Shown: positions 51,642 to 60,311 of the stretch, in pieces | Layout: every line of letters starts with the position of its first letter | How positions within the stretch are numbered: position 1 is the first letter of the stretch | Source of the DNA: an uncultured Gaiellaceae bacterium | Lineage (GTDB): Bacteria > Actinomycetota > Thermoleophilia > Gaiellales > Gaiellaceae | DNA length: 64,000 nucleotides | NCBI GenBank assembly: GCA_963820695.1 | Contig: CAWGAP010000001.1 | Span: 147,087-211,086, forward strand | Direction: 5' to 3' | Position numbers and translations under genes: made by a program | Notes under the pieces: generated by a model | The model's database searches: none | What the model was told of the DNA's origin: nothing | The model's input: only the letters and a program-made list of their open reading frames with translations

Positions 51642-51663
51642 GCATGTGCAGGACTGCACATGC
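51642..51663. promoter_or_regulatory. Perfect 10-bp inverted repeat (gcatgtgcag-ga-ctgcacatgc), candidate operator of the repeat-peptide gene
   Basis: The arms are 51642-51651 and 51654-51663 with a 2-nt spacer. It ends 12 nt before the AAGGGGGA Shine-Dalgarno (51676-51683) and 25 nt before ATG 51689. Confidence 0.5.
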
Positions 51664-51688
51664 TCATCTCGCCGCAAGGGGGACAACC

Positions 51689-51997
51689 ATGGGGAAGATC
51701 GAGCCGCTGGCACCGTCCAAGCGTGTCCGGATCGTGCTCTGCTCGGCAGTGTTCGCGATCGCCGCGATCGTGCCTGGCGCAGGCTTCGCAGCCGACTGGT
51801 CGTCGGGCGTCAAGTCGCCGGTCGCCGACTGGTCGTCCGGAAAGACATCGCCGACGGCCGACTGGTCGTCGGGCAAGCGCGCACCGACGGCGGACTGGTC
51901 GTCCGGCAAGCGGACACCGAGCGCAGATTGGTCGTCGGCAAGGATCGCTCCGAAGGCCGACTGGAGCTCTCGCTATCGGGCGAGCGCGCTCCGCTAG
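51689..51997 (+). CDS. Small secreted basic protein made of six 11-aa ADWSSGK-type repeats
   Basis: 102 aa from ATG 51689, which has a strong Shine-Dalgarno 6 nt upstream. The signal peptide is MGKIEPLAPSKRVRIVLCSAVFAIAAIVPGAGFA. The mature part is ADWSSGVKSPV ADWSSGKTSPT ADWSSGKRAPT ADWSSGKRTPS ADWSSARIAPK ADWSSRYRASALR. Third codon positions are nearly all G/C. Confidence 0.65.
   Translation: MGKIEPLAPSKRVRIVLCSAVFAIAAIVPGAGFAADWSSGVKSPVADWSSGKTSPTADWSSGKRAPTADWSSGKRTPSADWSSARIAPKADWSSRYRASALR
51791..51976 (+). repeat. 33-bp tandem repeat, about 5.6 units (gccgactggtcgtcgggcaag...)
   Basis: Units start at 51791, 51824, 51857, 51890, 51923 and 51956. Confidence 0.9.
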
Positions 51998-52042
51998 AGG
52001 CGAAACCCGGATGGGGGAGCTCGACTCCCCGAATCGAAGTAT

Positions 52043-52080
52043 GCGGCGGTACCTCGATACGGGGTACCGCCGCCTCGTTC
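52043..52080 (+). terminator. Candidate terminator after the repeat-peptide gene
   Basis: A perfect 11-bp GC-rich stem, gcggcggtacc / ggtaccgccgc (52043-52053 and 52063-52073), has a 9-nt loop and is followed by ctcgttcc. A smaller hairpin, ggggag-ctcga-ctcccc, precedes it at 52014-52030. Confidence 0.45.
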
Positions 52081-52116
52081 CGCTGCCGATTGGCAGTAGG
52101 GGCCCGTGCGGCGCGA

Positions 52117-54385
52117 ATGGCCCGTTACCTTGACGAGGTGCGGCAGCAGATGAGCGTTCCAGCGGTGGCGGAGCAGGCAGGCTGGCAGTCCAGGCGGGTG
52201 CGCCGACTGCCGGCTTCTGCGTCCGCCTACGCGGCGGTGATCGAGGTGCTGGCGCTGGTCGCCGCCGCGGCAGCTCTGAGCGAAGGGAGTTCCAGTCGGG
52301 CTACGAGTGGTGGAGAGCGGCGCTGCTGCTGCCGCTCGCGGCCGTCGCGCCGATGTTCCGCGTCGCCGTCGGCCGCAACCACAGCCTGCACGCAGCGCCT
52401 GCGTTCGTCGTCGCCGGTGCGCTCGTGCTCCCGCCGGCGCTGCTCGTCCCGCTCGTGCTCGCGATGCGTCATCCCGCAGTGGATCCGCGACCGCTACGCG
52501 TGGTACATCGGGCTCTTCAACATCGGCAACTACATGCTGAGCATGCTGGCGGCGTGGCTCGCGGCCGACCTCGTTCGTACCGACAGCGACCTCGGCTTCG
52601 CCGCCGCCGGGCTCGCCGCGACCGTCGTGTTCGTCGGCGGTCAACCACGTGCTCCTGGCCGTGATGCTGCGGCTCGGGCGCGGACACAGCTTCCGTCAGA
52701 GCGGGCTCTTCTCGGCGACCGGTCTCACGATCGAGCTCGTCCTGGCAGGGCTCGGCATCGCGATCGGCGCGTTCACGCTCGTTCAACCCCTGGATCCTGC
52801 CGGTCCTGATCGCACCGCTCGCGCTCGCTCACCGTTCGCTCTCGACGGTGGCGCTGCTGCGCGAGAGCGAGGAGCGCTTCCGGACGATGTTCGCCGCGGC
52901 TCCGACGGCGATCATGCTCTTCGACCGGACGGGCGCATCCTCTCCGCCAACCGCTCGGCCGAGACGATGTTCGGCTACTCCGAGCAGGAGCTGATGGGCA
53001 GGCGGCCGACGCAGCTTCCGCCACCCGGACGACGTCGACGCCGGGGATCAGGCGTTCGCCGAGGTCCTGATCGCGGCGAGCGCGACTCCTACCGCCGCGA
53101 GGCGGTCGTTCGTGACCGGCATCGGGCTCGACGCGTCGTCGCGCATCTCGCGACGGCCCTCGTCCGCGACGCGGACGGGAAGCCCGGCTACCTGATCGGG
53201 ATGGCCGAGGACGTGACCGAGCAGCGCCAGCTCGAGGAGCAGCTGCGGCAGAGCCAGAAGCTCGAGGCGATCGGCCGCCTCGCCGGCGGCGTCGCCCACG
53301 ACTTCAACAACATGCTGACCGCGATCGGCGGCTACACGGCGCTGGCCCTCGAGCATGCCGAGACCGGCTCGACGCTGCGCGGCGACCTCGACGAGATCCG
53401 CAAGGCGACCGACCGGGCCGCGCTGCTGACGCGGCAGCTGCTCGCGTTCAGCCGCAAGCAGGTGCTGATGCCGGAGCTGCTGAATCTGAACGGCGTCGTG
53501 CTCGAGCTCGAGTCGATGCTCCGCCCGCTGATCGGCGAGGACGTCGCCCTGACGACGCAGCTCGATCCGGCACTCGGGCCGATCGAGGCCGACCCGGGCC
53601 AGCTGCACCAGGTCGTGATGAACCTCGTCGTCAACGCCCGCGACGCGATGCCGAGCGGCGGCGCGATCACGATCGAGACGGCGAACTCCGACGTGGAGGA
53701 GAACGACGACGCGATCGAGCCCGGCCGCTACGTCACGCTGACCGTTCGCGACACCGGCCAGGGGATCGACGAACCGACGCTCCGCCAGATCTTCGAGCCG
53801 TTCTTCACCACGAAGGACGCCGGCAAGGGCACGGGCCTCGGCCTCGCCACCGTCTACGGGATCGTGAAGCAGAGCGGCGGCTACGTGGCGGTCGACAGCG
53901 AGCTCGGCGTCGGCTCCGCCTTCACGATCTACCTGCGCCGCGCGGACGGCGTCGTGCAGCAGCCGGTCGAGCCGGATCCGCGCGCCCGTCGTCGAGGCAG
54001 CGCCGGCGCCCGTGCCGCGACGGCGTCGACGCGGGTGCTCGTCGTCGAGGACGAGGACGTGATCCGCGGCCTCGTCGACCAGGTCCTGCGGGGCGAGGGC
54101 TACGAAGTGCTGCTCGCGGCGGACGGCGACGAGGCGATCGAGCTGGCCGGCAGCAACCACGTCGACGTGCTGCTCACCGACCTGACGATGCCGGGGATCG
54201 GCGGCCACGAGCTGGCCGACAGGCTGCGCGCGAGCACGCCCGAGCTGAAGGTGATGTTCATGTCGGGCTTCGCCGAGGGCAACGACTTCTCGGCCAGCTC
54301 CCTGCCGCCGGCGACCGCGTTCCTGGAGAAGCCGTTCACGTTCACGATGCTGAGCGAGCGGATGCGTGAGCTGATCGCCACCTAG
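52117..54385 (+). CDS. Hybrid sensor histidine kinase (multi-TM sensor, PAS, HisKA, HATPase_c, REC). The sensor and PAS part carry at least 7 frameshifts.
   Basis: The intact core is in ORF 52649..54385. H-box: [16 protein letters not shown] boxes: [30 protein letters not shown]: VLVVEDEDV...[12 protein letters not shown]...MSGF...EKPF. The upstream TM and PAS segments are spread over three frames: [24 protein letters not shown] / [29 protein letters not shown] / [16 protein letters not shown] / [47 protein letters not shown] / [19 protein letters not shown] / [12 protein letters not shown]. The start, ATG 52117, is tentative. Confidence 0.8.
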
Positions 54386-54492
54386 CTCCTCTGCTCACGC
54401 TGTTTACTCTAACTAAACTTCTGTTCGATCGTCTTATGCCCTGAAGGGACACGGCCGCCGCCGGCGGCCCGCGACCGAAAGGGATACGTCCG

Positions 54493-56160
54493 ATGCAGAA
54501 GAAGCTTCTGCCCACGCTCGCCGCCACGGTCGGAACCCTGATCGGGGCAAGCCTGCTCGTCGGCTCTGCGTTCGCGAGCTCCGCCTCGAGCGCGGGCCCG
54601 GCCAAGGCCGGCGGCTCGGAGGCGAAGCGCGGCGGCACGCTGCGCATCAACCTCTCCACCACCGACTTCGAGTACCTCGACCCGGCGCTCGCCTACGAGG
54701 CGCCGCGGGCTGGCAGGTGCTCTACATGACGAACCTGATGCTGCTGAACTACCCGGACAAGCCGGCGCCGGAGGGCTCGCGGCTCGTGCCCGACGCGGCG
54801 GCCGGGTTCCCGCGCGTGTCGCGCGACGGGCGGACGTACACGTTCACGATCAAGTCGGGCCTGCGCTTCAGCGACGGCTCGGCGGTGACCGCGGCCGCGT
54901 TCAAGCGCGCGTTCGAGCGGGCGGCGAGCCAGCAGCAGGGCTCTCCGGCGATCGCGTTCATCCACGACGTGGTCGGCGCCGACGAGCGGAACGAGGGCAA
55001 GGCCGGCTCCGTCGCGGGCGTCACCGCGCAAGGGCCAGGTCCTGACGATCAGGCTGAAGCGGGCGAACCCGACCTTCCTCGCCGAGATCGCGATGCCGTT
55101 CTTCTCGGCCGTGAAGCCGAGCATGGCGATCGACAGCAAGGGGCTCAACGTCTATCCCTCCGCCGGCCCGTACCGGATCGCCAGCCGGGCGATCGGCAGC
55201 CAGGTCGTGCTCGAGCGGAACCGCTTCTACAAGGGCAACCGCCCCGCGAACGCCGACCGGATCGTGATCTCGACCAACACCGACGTGAACCAGAGCCTGC
55301 TCCAGGTGCGCGCCGGCCAGATCGACTACGACCAGTTCGGCCTGCCGCCGACGGCGCACGACGACCTCTCGCGCCAGTACGGCGTCAAGAAGGGCGGCAG
55401 CGGCCGCTACTTCGTCAACACCGGCATCAACACGACGTACCTGGCGCTGAACGCGTCGCGGCCCGCCTTCGGGAAGGTCAACCTGCGCAAGGCGGTCAAC
55501 CATGCGATCGACCGGCCGTCGATGCTCCGCGTCGCCGGCAAGTACGCCGGGAAGCGGACCGATCAGATCCTGCCGCCGAACATGCAGGGCTTCCGCGACG
55601 CGGCGCTCTATCCGATCAAGGGTGCGAATCCCGTCCGTGGCCGTGCGCTCGCGAACGGGGCGAAGGACGACATCACGCTCCTCTACACGACGAGCCCGAC
55701 CTCCGTCGCCCGCGCCCAGATCCTCAAGTACAACCTCGAGCAGATCGGGCTCAGCGTCACGTTGAAGCCGCAGCCGTTCGCCGTCGCGATCCGCACGGCC
55801 GGCACCCGCGGCTCCGACTTCGACATGTTCCTGATCGCCTGGTTCGCCGACTACCCCGACCCGTTCGACTTCATCAACGTGCTGCTCGACGGGCAGAACA
55901 TCCAGGACGCGAACAACTCGAACTACTCGTACCTGAACAGCCCCAAGTACAACAAGCTGATGACCGACGCGGCGAAGCTCTCGGGCGCAGCCCGCTACGA
56001 CGCGTACGGGCGGCTCGACGTCGACATGATGAAGAACGCCGCTCCGTGGGCGCCGCTCTCGAACGGCAACGTTCGCGAGTTCGTCTCGTCGCGCGTCACG
56101 AACTACCTGTTCCACCCGGTCTACGGCGGCGCGATCATGAACGCGCTCGCGATCAAGTAG
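54493..56160 (+). CDS. ABC transporter substrate-binding protein (family 5, peptide/nickel type), two frameshifts as assembled
   Basis: It opens with a signal peptide (MQKKLLPTLAATVGTLIGASLLVGSAFA) and GGTLRINLSTTDFEYLDPALAY. After a shift at about 54703 it continues WQVLYMTNLMLLNYPDK...YTFTIKSGLRFSDG. After a second shift at about 55028 it continues KGQVLTIRLKRANPTFLAEIAMPFFSAV into ORF 55093..56160. Confidence 0.82.
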
Positions 56161-56245
56161 CAGGACGCAGGAACGCCTCGAGCGGGGGCTGGCTCGCTGG
56201 CCCCCGCCCCCGCTCCGAGGGCGCCGCATCATCTACGGTTCGCCA

Positions 56246-56776
56246 ATGAGCGAGACGCTGCGCGGGCAGCTGCTGGTGGCGGCGCCGATCCTCATCGATC
56301 CGAACTTCCACCGCACGGTCGTGCTGATCGCGGAACACGGCGAGGAGGGCGCGATGGGCCTGGTCCTGAACCGCCCGACGGAGACGTCCGTCGGGGACGC
56401 GGTCCCGGAGCTGTCGCCGATCGCGGGCGAGGAGGAGCCGGTCTATGTCGGCGGCCCCGTCTCGACCGGCTCGGTGCTCGCCGTCGCGGAGCTCGACGAC
56501 CCCGACGACGCGTCCGAGATCCTCTTCGGCGCCGTCGGCTTCGTCCAGGAGCCGGACGTCCCCGTCCTGCGCGGTCGGGTCTTCGTCGGCTACGCGGGCT
56601 GGAGCGCGGGCCAGCTCGAGAGCGAGCTCGAGGAGGAGTCGTGGCTCGTCCTCCCCGCCGAGCCGGACGACCTCTTCAGCGACGACCCGGACGGGCTCTG
56701 GAGCGCGGTGCTGCGCCGCCAGGGCGGCCCGTATGCGCTCCTCTCGCTGATGCCCCCGGATCCCAGCCTGAACTGA
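56246..56776 (+). CDS. YqgE/AlgH family protein (UPF0301)
   Basis: 176 aa with LLVAAPILIDPNFHRTVVLIAEHGEEGAMGLVLNRP and GYAGWSAGQLESE. Confidence 0.88.
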   Translation: MSETLRGQLLVAAPILIDPNFHRTVVLIAEHGEEGAMGLVLNRPTETSVGDAVPELSPIAGEEEPVYVGGPVSTGSVLAVAELDDPDDASEILFGAVGFVQEPDVPVLRGRVFVGYAGWSAGQLESELEEESWLVLPAEPDDLFSDDPDGLWSAVLRRQGGPYALLSLMPPDPSLN

Positions 56777-56842
56777 GGCCTTGACGCGATCTTGACCGTG
56801 GCGTGATTGACTGCCGGTGGGCACCCGAGTGGAAGGAGGCCC

Positions 56843-57082
56843 ATGGAAGAGGCACGCACGACACGTCGTTTCCCCCTGCTCGTCGCGCTCGCGGGAGTGA
56901 TCCTGCTCGCGGCGATCTGGGCGACGATGGCGCTCGCGGGAGGCTCCTCACCGGCTGCGAAGCCGGCGGCGAAGGCTCCGGCAGCCAAGACCCAGGTCTC
57001 GAAGGCGCAGGGCGGATACGCCGGCAGGTCCGGCGGTCACGACTGCCCCAACAAGGACCAGGGAGCGTCGAACGACCTCTGA
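56843..57082 (+). CDS. Small hypothetical membrane-anchored protein
   Basis: 79 aa from ATG 56843, which is preceded by GGAAGGAGG. It has a TM segment (FPLLVALAGVILLAAIWATMALAG), then an Ala/Lys/Pro-rich tail ending HDCPNKDQGASNDL. Confidence 0.55.
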   Translation: MEEARTTRRFPLLVALAGVILLAAIWATMALAGGSSPAAKPAAKAPAAKTQVSKAQGGYAGRSGGHDCPNKDQGASNDL

Positions 57083-57090
57083 CCGGCGGG

Positions 57091-57120
57091 GCCCGGCTTT
57101 GGCCGGGCTCCGTTCTCTGT
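57091..57120 (+). terminator. Intrinsic terminator-like hairpin after the small membrane protein gene
   Basis: The stem is gcccggc-tttg-gccgggc (7 bp), followed by the T-rich stretch tccgttctctgt. Confidence 0.5.
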
Positions 57121-57129
57121 AGGCGTTTA

Positions 57130-57152
57130 GCTGTTGCCCGTCGGGCAACAGC
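57130..57152. promoter_or_regulatory. Perfect 10-bp inverted repeat (gctgttgccc-gtc-gggcaacagc) abutting the start of the cNMP-domain reductase gene
   Basis: It ends 6 nt before GTG 57159, occupying the position where a Shine-Dalgarno would be. Confidence 0.45.
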
Positions 57153-57158
57153 GCTCTT

Positions 57159-58784
57159 GTGAGCGTCGAGACCCCCGACCGCTCCGGCGCCTTTCCCCGC
57201 CTGAGCGACGAGCAGGTCGAACAGCTCGCACGGTACGGGAAGCGGCGGCCGACCTCGCCGGGGGACGTGCTCTTTCGCGAGAGCGACCGGCGCTACGACT
57301 TCTTCGTCGTCCTGGAGGGGCTCGTCGAGACGCTCGAGGTGGTCGCCGGCGAGGAGCGGACGATCGCCGTCCACGGGCGTCATCGCTTCCTCGGTGACCT
57401 CAATGTCCTCACCGGCGGCGGTCCGTTCTTCACGGCGGTGGTGCGGGAGCCCGGCGAGGTGCTCGCCGTCCAGCCCGAGCGCGTGCGCCAACTGCTCACC
57501 GAAGACGCGGCACTCGGCGACCTCGTGCTTCGCGCCTTGCTCCTCCGCCGCACGCTCTTCATCGAGCTCGGCGTCGGCAACAGGCTGATCGGGTCGAGCC
57601 ACTCGCCCGACACGCGGCGCCTGCGCGACTTCCTCGCCCGCAACCGCATCCCCCACTCCTGGATCGACCTCGAGCGCGACGCCGGCGCCGAGCGGCTGCT
57701 CCAGGCGCTCGAGATCCCAGCCGGCGAGACGCCGATCGTGATCGCTCGCGGCGAGATCGTGCTGCGGAATCCCTCGAATGCAGAGCTGGCAGCGGCGCTC
57801 GGGCTGCGTCCGCCGGAGCGGACGGAGGCAGTCGCCGACCTCCTCGTCGTCGGGGCCGGGCCGGCGGGTCTCGCGGCATCGGTGTATGGCGCCTCGGAAG
57901 GCCTCGCCACCGTGACGCTGGACGCGGTCGCCACCGGCGGGCAGGCGGCGGCGTCGTCCAGGATCGAGAACTACCTCGGCTTCCCCGCTGGGCTCTCGGG
58001 CGGGGAGCTCGCAGAGCGCGCCGCGATCCAGGCGCGCAAGTTCGGCGCGACGATCATCGTCCCGGGCGAGGCGGTCTCGATCTCGTTCGCCGAAGACCAC
58101 GACCTCACCGTCCGCTTCGGCGAAGGCGAACGGGTCCGGGCGCGGGCGATCGTCCTCGCGACGGGCGCGCGCTACCGGAAGGTCGACGTCCCTCGCCTCG
58201 AGGAGTTCGAGGGCAGCGGCGTCCACTACGCCGCCACGCCGGTGGAGGCCCCTGTCTGCGCGAACCGCCCTGTGGTCATCGTCGGCGGCGGCAACTCTGC
58301 GGGGCAGGCGACGGTCTTCCTCGCACGGCACGCGTCGAAGATCTGGCTCGTCGTCCGCGGCGACGAGCTCGGCGAGGACATGTCGCGCTACCTCGTCGAC
58401 CGGATCGAGCGGACACCGAACGTCGAGGTGCTGCTGCACACCGAGGTGCGAGAGCTGCTGGGCGACGACGCGCTCGAGGGGGTCGTGGTGGAGGACACGC
58501 ACACGCACGAGCGGCGGGCGCTGCTGACGGGTGCGCTCTTCGTCTTCATCGGCGCCGAGCCGTGCACGGCGTGGCTAGGGGACGCGATCGAGCTCGACGA
58601 GCACGGCTTCGTCGTTACGGGCGGCCGGACCGGCGACATGCGCACGTTTCTCCTCGAGACGAGCCATCCGGGAGTCTTCGCCGCCGGCGACGTCCGAGCC
58701 GGTTCGGTCAAGCGTGTCGCCTCGGCGGTCGGCGAGGGGTCGATGGCGGTGCACTTCGTCCACCGCTTCCTCGCGGGTTACTAG
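57159..58784 (+). CDS. FAD-dependent pyridine nucleotide-disulfide oxidoreductase (thioredoxin-reductase-like) with an N-terminal cyclic-nucleotide-binding domain
   Basis: 541 aa, uninterrupted. The cNMP-like N-terminus is GDVLFRESDRRYDFFVVLEGLVE...FLGDLNVLTG. The redox motifs are VVGAGPAGLAASVYGASEG, VVIVGGGNSAGQA and GVFAAGDVR. Confidence 0.85.
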   Translation: MSVETPDRSGAFPRLSDEQVEQLARYGKRRPTSPGDVLFRESDRRYDFFVVLEGLVETLEVVAGEERTIAVHGRHRFLGDLNVLTGGGPFFTAVVREPGEVLAVQPERVRQLLTEDAALGDLVLRALLLRRTLFIELGVGNRLIGSSHSPDTRRLRDFLARNRIPHSWIDLERDAGAERLLQALEIPAGETPIVIARGEIVLRNPSNAELAAALGLRPPERTEAVADLLVVGAGPAGLAASVYGASEGLATVTLDAVATGGQAAASSRIENYLGFPAGLSGGELAERAAIQARKFGATIIVPGEAVSISFAEDHDLTVRFGEGERVRARAIVLATGARYRKVDVPRLEEFEGSGVHYAATPVEAPVCANRPVVIVGGGNSAGQATVFLARHASKIWLVVRGDELGEDMSRYLVDRIERTPNVEVLLHTEVRELLGDDALEGVVVEDTHTHERRALLTGALFVFIGAEPCTAWLGDAIELDEHGFVVTGGRTGDMRTFLLETSHPGVFAAGDVRAGSVKRVASAVGEGSMAVHFVHRFLAGY

Positions 58785-59671
58785 ACGACTAGCTCCGCCT
58801 TGCGGACGCGGGAGAAGCCGGCCGCTCCGAGCGCGCCCGAGTCGAGCAGGCGGCAGAGCCAGCCGTGGCCGCTGTTGGGATCCGACTCGTCGTCCGTCGA
58901 ACCGACGGACGCGAAGACCTGGCCGTCGCGAAACTCCCATTCCTGGATCTCGTCGTGATCACCTTCGATGTCTGCCCGGAGTGCGTCCAGGTCATCGAGC
59001 AGCCGGGACGTGACGGTCTCGAGCCACGTGTCCTCGCGATCGGCGGAGGTGTTGACCCCGCATTGCTCGAGCAGGTCGTCCTCGATCGTCGCGAGCGAGA
59101 GCGCGCGGATGTAGCGAGCCGCCTCCTCCCAGTCCGGCGCCTCACCGGGATCGAGGGCGACGAGCTCGACCGCCAGGCCCTCCCGGTCAGCGCTCGCCAG
59201 TACCGCCTGTGCGGCCTCCGGCAGCTCGTCGCCCCGGGCCAGCGCATGCTCGAGCTCGTGGTCTGGGAGGTCGCCCTCGGCCTCGCCGTAGTCGCGCTGC
59301 GCGACGAGGTCGAGGAACGGCTCGCCGGCGTCGCCGTACGCCAGCCGCTCGTCGACCACCTCCCAGCTGATCGGCTCGCCCGCGAGCATCGTCGTGAAGC
59401 CGTGCCCGAGCCGAGGGCCGTCGGGCCTGTAGCGGCGGAAGCCGCCGATCTCCTCGCGACCGTCCGGGTGCACCAGCCGGAGCCGGTAGCGGGCGGGCTT
59501 GACGAGCGCGCGCGGGTGCTCACTCGAAGAGTCGAGCTCGTAGACGAGCCAGTCGCGACCACCGACGTGCACCACCGAACCCGGCTGCAGCTCCTCGTCG
59601 GCCATCCACGGGTAGCGGCGCTCGGAGCCGGCGCGGCCGGCCACGACGATTTCGTAGCTCTGCGCGCTCAC
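58781..59671 (-). CDS. Hypothetical acidic protein
   Basis: 296 aa with no recognisable motif. It overlaps the upstream gene by 4 nt and has coding-like G/C at third codon positions. Confidence 0.55.
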   Translation of the reverse strand: MSAQSYEIVVAGRAGSERRYPWMADEELQPGSVVHVGGRDWLVYELDSSSEHPRALVKPARYRLRLVHPDGREEIGGFRRYRPDGPRLGHGFTTMLAGEPISWEVVDERLAYGDAGEPFLDLVAQRDYGEAEGDLPDHELEHALARGDELPEAAQAVLASADREGLAVELVALDPGEAPDWEEAARYIRALSLATIEDDLLEQCGVNTSADREDTWLETVTSRLLDDLDALRADIEGDHDEIQEWEFRDGQVFASVGSTDDESDPNSGHGWLCRLLDSGALGAAGFSRVRKAELVV

Positions 59672-60276
59672 GCGAGTGCGCGGTGACCGCGCGGCGTCAG
59701 GTCGAAATGGACGTCGATCAGCCCGTCAGCGAGCAGCTCAGATGCGTGCTCCCACGGGGGCGAGGCGTCGGACGTCGCGAGGAAGTCCGCCAGTAGGCGC
59801 ATCCCCTCTTCGGACGCGGCGAAGATCTCCTCGAAGTCGTCGTCGTTCCAGCGGTAGCGGAGCCTGGGCTCGGCGACGGCGAAGTCCTTGTCGGCGTCGA
59901 CGCGGTCGGTGAGGACGCCGTCCGCCCAGATCTCGTGTGCGTCATGGGCGCGGCGAACGTCGATCACGGTGCCGCTGACCTCGCTCCGCCCGAGGAACAC
60001 CCGCGGGTCGATGACGCCCGGCTCCTCGGGCAGCGGCCCGTGATGGTCGAGATATGCGCGCCACTCGGCCCGCAGCTCCTCCTCGGGCACCCACTCCTCG
60101 AGCACGCGGTCGAAACGCTCGCGGACATCGAGGAGCTTCGCCTCGATGCGCCGCCGCACTGAGCTCTCCGGCGGGGCGTTCTGGTGCTCGACCTGCAGGT
60201 GGTGGTAATGCCGGGCGAGCGCGTCGAGCTCCTCACCCACAGGCACCTGTGCCGTCCGCTCGTACGCTCTGGCCAC
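59668..60276 (-). CDS. Hypothetical protein (helical N-terminal half)
   Basis: 202 aa with no recognisable motif. It is the first gene of a two-gene unit. Confidence 0.55.
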   Translation of the reverse strand: MARAYERTAQVPVGEELDALARHYHHLQVEHQNAPPESSVRRRIEAKLLDVRERFDRVLEEWVPEEELRAEWRAYLDHHGPLPEEPGVIDPRVFLGRSEVSGTVIDVRRAHDAHEIWADGVLTDRVDADKDFAVAEPRLRYRWNDDDFEEIFAASEEGMRLLADFLATSDASPPWEHASELLADGLIDVHFDLTPRGHRALA

Positions 60277-60311
60277 GTTCCTACCTCCTTCAGCGTGGGT
60301 ATGGTCGTCGC

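Noticed and set aside
51664-51909. Antisense 81-aa ORF with PDDQSA repeats
   Set aside because: It also has G/C at third codon positions, but it lacks a Shine-Dalgarno and a signal or other motif. The plus-strand ORF has both, so the plus strand is favoured. The antisense ORF is not formally excluded.
51689-51997. Trp-rich ORF as a trp operon leader or attenuator peptide
   Set aside because: It lies downstream of trpA, not upstream of trpE. It is 102 codons long, has a Sec signal peptide and is separated from trpA by a hairpin. The Trp residues are part of a protein repeat.
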